DNA of 64,000 bases from Myxococcota bacterium (GTDB taxonomy: Bacteria > Myxococcota_A > SURF-8). Under the pieces are notes generated by a model, which saw only the letters and a list, made by a program, of their open reading frames with translations, was not told where the DNA came from and searched no databases. A program made the translations under genes and the position numbers. The stretch covers positions 480,001 to 544,000 of the forward strand of contig CAXXQS010000001.1 of the NCBI GenBank assembly GCA_963674735.2, in the 5' to 3' direction. The first letter of the stretch is position 1; each line of letters begins with the position of its first letter. Positions 61,182-64,000 of the stretch are shown here, piece after piece.

Positions 61182-62309
61182 GTGCAATCAGTATATCGCT
61201 TTACCCATCCGCCATTCAACAAGAAGAACGAAAACAGCCCCGGCAAAGACTCTCCTTGGCTTGATGTCAACGATATCAAGCAGAGGGTAAGTGTCGAAAT
61301 GGTTTTGAGCCGCTATGGCATTTTGGGGGCATTGAAGCGCAAGGGGCCGCGATTGTCGGGACGCTCGCCGTTTCGGGAGGAGCAGAAGGCGTCGTTTTTC
61401 GTCGATACCGAAAAAGGCATCTGGAACGACTTCGGCGGGCGACCGGAGATCGATGGGAGGGAAGTGCCCGGCAATGTGATCGGTCTCGTGCAGGCGCTGG
61501 AAGTCTGCTCGTTTCGGGAAGCGTTGCTCACGATAAATCGCGATTTCATCGAAAGCCAGAGTCAGCAGGATTCGAAATCGACTGGCGATCAGGAAAAGCC
61601 TTCCGATCCTCAACCGATGGATGAATCGCCAAAGAATTCCGATGCGGAAAAGACTCTACCGACCACCAACGCCCCTTTTGGGAAGGAGCTTGGCGGGCTT
61701 CGGTTTGATGTACCCTACCTGCTAAACAAGGGTATCACGGAGGAGACGGCCAAAGCCTTCGGCGTGGGTTACTGCTCTCGGGGTTTGATGAAGAGCCGAG
61801 TGGTGTTTCCGGTGCGGAATCGCAACGGCGCAATCATGGCCTATGCCGGTCGCTCGCTGAAAGAAGGCGCAGACGACAAGTACCGTTTTCCGGCTGGCTT
61901 CAATAAGAGTCTGGAGCTTTTTAACATCGACCGGATAGCCAATGACGCCGAGGCGAAAAAGGCCACCCGCGACTTCGGGATCATCCTCGTGGAAGGCTTC
62001 ACCGATGCGATGAAGCTCAGTCAGGAGGGGTTTCCGAACGTCGTGGCGCTGATGGGAACGGATTTTCACGAGGCGCAGAAGAATCTATTGCTCGACCCTG
62101 ATATCAACCCTACACGGCGCTTGACGCTGTTTTTGGACGACAATGAAGCGGGACATCGCGGCAAGCGCAAGATCGCGCAGCAGTGCATTCACGATGCCTT
62201 CATTCGCTATGTCGACTATACCCGCGCAGGTGATGCGGCTAAAACCGAGCCGGAGCACTTTATCAAAGACGAATTCACCGCAATATTAGGCTTTCATTTA
62301 TCTCATTAA
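61182..62309 (+). CDS. MGE DnaG-like primase (degenerate zinc-binding domain + TOPRIM); start uncertain
   Basis: SPFREE..SF, WNDFG, YLLNKGI, RVVFP, AYAGR, LVEGFTD, VALMG and DDNEAG motifs. Confidence 0.82.
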   Translation: MQSVYRFTHPPFNKKNENSPGKDSPWLDVNDIKQRVSVEMVLSRYGILGALKRKGPRLSGRSPFREEQKASFFVDTEKGIWNDFGGRPEIDGREVPGNVIGLVQALEVCSFREALLTINRDFIESQSQQDSKSTGDQEKPSDPQPMDESPKNSDAEKTLPTTNAPFGKELGGLRFDVPYLLNKGITEETAKAFGVGYCSRGLMKSRVVFPVRNRNGAIMAYAGRSLKEGADDKYRFPAGFNKSLELFNIDRIANDAEAKKATRDFGIILVEGFTDAMKLSQEGFPNVVALMGTDFHEAQKNLLLDPDINPTRRLTLFLDDNEAGHRGKRKIAQQCIHDAFIRYVDYTRAGDAAKTEPEHFIKDEFTAILGFHLSH

Positions 62310-62328
62310 CCCCCAAACCCCCAAACCT

Positions 62329-62640
62329 ATGAAAAAACATCTATGCAATTGCGATAAGGGCGACTGTCCGCTCGATTGGGACGGGCAGGAGATCGCCTTC
62401 GACCATCCCGACAGCAACAACTTTTTCGATCCGACGCGGAAAATGTTCGTCGCTACCCGAAACGCTCTGCACGAATTCGAGCGTGACGTCATCATGGCGG
62501 CGCACGTGCTGCTATTCCGCGAGGCGATCACTCACGGCGGTCTCGATTATCTGCAAACCTTCCGCGACAAGGACGGCAGGCGGCTGTGGTTTATTGAGGA
62601 CGGGCAGGCGATCACGGCGCTCCTGCCGGAGGATTATTAG
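62329..62640 (+). CDS. hypothetical plasmid/ICE-type small protein
   Basis: 103-aa ORF ending LWFIED..ITALLPEDY; follows the primase. Confidence 0.65.
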   Translation: MKKHLCNCDKGDCPLDWDGQEIAFDHPDSNNFFDPTRKMFVATRNALHEFERDVIMAAHVLLFREAITHGGLDYLQTFRDKDGRRLWFIEDGQAITALLPEDY

Positions 62641-62875
62641 CGGTCTGACAAGCGTCGAGGTATCGGAGACCTTCAACCAGAATCTCTTGTCCAACCTGTT
62701 TTTTTCAGATCAACGGATTGTTTTTGAAAAACATTGGCGTGAGCGATGTGCCGCGCATGGACTTGATAGATATTTGGGGAATTATCGGGGACTGAAATTG
62801 ATCTTGCCCCCGATGAGGACCAGACGTATGATCCAAGTTTTCAACAAGCATACTAAAAAAACGAAAGGTATGATC

Positions 62876-63403
62876 ATGTCACTTTTGAAAATAGTGAAGC
62901 CTGAAAAAGCCACAGGTGACGTAAAAAATGCGTACGATCAAATGCAGGCAGCGGCAGGCATGGTGCCCTTGCCGTTGCAGATGTACTCCATCAGCCCGCC
63001 ACACTTGAATGGCGTGATGCAGAGCATGGAGTATTACATGAACCACCCCACCTTGAATCCAGTTCTACTTGCGCAGATTCGCTTGATGGCCGCCGACCGC
63101 TGTGATCATCCCTACTGCGTGGAATTCAATTCATCCATGCTTAAAAATTTCGCCGGGTTGAATGAGCAACAGATCGCGGACTTCATGGGCGACCCAACCA
63201 GCATTTCCACGACGGAAAAAGACAAAGCACTTCTGGCTTTCGTGAGCAAAGCCATGAAAGACCCGGATTCCACCGAAGCGGGTGAGATCGAACAACTGAA
63301 GGGTCTCGGATGGACCGACCAGGATATTTACGATGCGATGTCCATGGCGGCGAACATGGTGACCAGCAGCATCCTCTTCCGTGCCTTCAAAATCGGCGAA
63401 TAG
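62876..63403 (+). CDS. AhpD / carboxymuconolactone decarboxylase family protein
   Basis: PEKATGDVKNAY, CDHPYC, KDKALLAF and LKGLGWTDQDI motifs; GAAAGG SD. Confidence 0.8.
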   Translation: MSLLKIVKPEKATGDVKNAYDQMQAAAGMVPLPLQMYSISPPHLNGVMQSMEYYMNHPTLNPVLLAQIRLMAADRCDHPYCVEFNSSMLKNFAGLNEQQIADFMGDPTSISTTEKDKALLAFVSKAMKDPDSTEAGEIEQLKGLGWTDQDIYDAMSMAANMVTSSILFRAFKIGE

Positions 63404-63435
63404 GAAGGACACACTATTCATTCAATCACTCTTCC

Positions 63436-63469
63436 ACCGCTCCCGGCGAAATGCTGGGGGCGGTTTTTG
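63436..63469 (+). terminator. intrinsic terminator after the AhpD-like gene
   Basis: ACCGCTCCCGGC-GAAAT-GCTGGGGCGGT-TTTT. Confidence 0.65.
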
Positions 63470-63575
63470 TGTGTTATGGGGACATCCTTCCCGAAAACGC
63501 CATCCAAGTCAATCCGGCGTTGATCGCTCGGTGAGAAGCGACTTCATGAGCTTGGAGAAGATGGAAAATGACGAA

Positions 63576-64000
63576 TCAGGCACCTGCATTCATTCCCTCG
63601 CTTAAGCGGCTTACCGTATCAACGAGATCCAGCCAATCCTTTGTAAGGCTATAATAGCGGATTCGGTTTCCTGCCTTGTAAGGCTGTACGAATTTGTCCG
63701 AGACCCACTCCTTTAGCCAATCGTAGGCGGTCTGCTTGGAAATGTCGAACCAGTCCATGACATCGCCGGGAACGAAGATCAGTTCGTCGTCGGGGGCATT
63801 GGCGCGACGAGCCGTTAAGCGCATGAGCAACTGTTGCTGACGCTTGGACAAGGTCGTCCAGGGGGCGTCATCGGGACGCTGTTTCTGATACAACCCCACC
63901 GCCTTCTCGCGAATCTCCTCGGCAGCTCGTCCGAGGATAGCGATGAAATACTCCAGCCAGGGCGTATGATCCGGATCGTGGCGGCCATCATAGAAATCCA
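63576..64000 (-). CDS. Fic-family protein, C-terminal part (gene starts beyond the window)
   Basis: frame is open to the window edge: DHTPWLEYF..., then LSKRQ..L wHTH tail, typical of Fic C-termini; Fic motif itself not in window. Confidence 0.6.
   Translation of the reverse strand, partial: DFYDGRHDPDHTPWLEYFIAILGRAAEEIREKAVGLYQKQRPDDAPWTTLSKRQQQLLMRLTARRANAPDDELIFVPGDVMDWFDISKQTAYDWLKEWVSDKFVQPYKAGNRIRYYSLTKDWLDLVDTVSRLSEGMNAGA

Overview
64 kb from a GC-rich bacterium. The gene content (TIGR02147 protein, Asp-Gly-Asp repeat lipoprotein, CheA with an MshEN motif) suggests a delta-proteobacterial or Myxococcota-like host; this is inference. Bases 1-31 kb are ordinary chromosome: MBL hydrolases, acyltransferase, a MATE pump with an attenuator-like leader, S9 peptidase, diguanylate cyclase, GIDE-LemA, thrS, a cheA-cheW cluster and udp. 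Bases 32-40 kb hold an IS-flanked arsR / Tat Fe-S / NrfD-13-heme cytochrome operon. From about 39,966, marked by a tmRNA/tRNA-like 3' fragment, the rest looks like an integrated element. It carries a TA pair, a minus-strand type III-B CRISPR-Cas locus, a DMT transporter, a TIR protein, replication-relaxation and primase genes, and a Fic gene. The CRISPR locus is the highlight. It has three leader-array cassettes and a Cas6-RT-Cas1 fusion plus Cas2. It also has Cmr1-6 with an HD-less Cas10 carrying acidic substitutions like those of SAM-AMP synthases, and a CorA-family effector. No NrN, DEDD or SAM-AMP lyase gene is visible, and a membrane pentapeptide-repeat gene heads the cmr operon. All family calls were made by eye from motifs; no database search was run.
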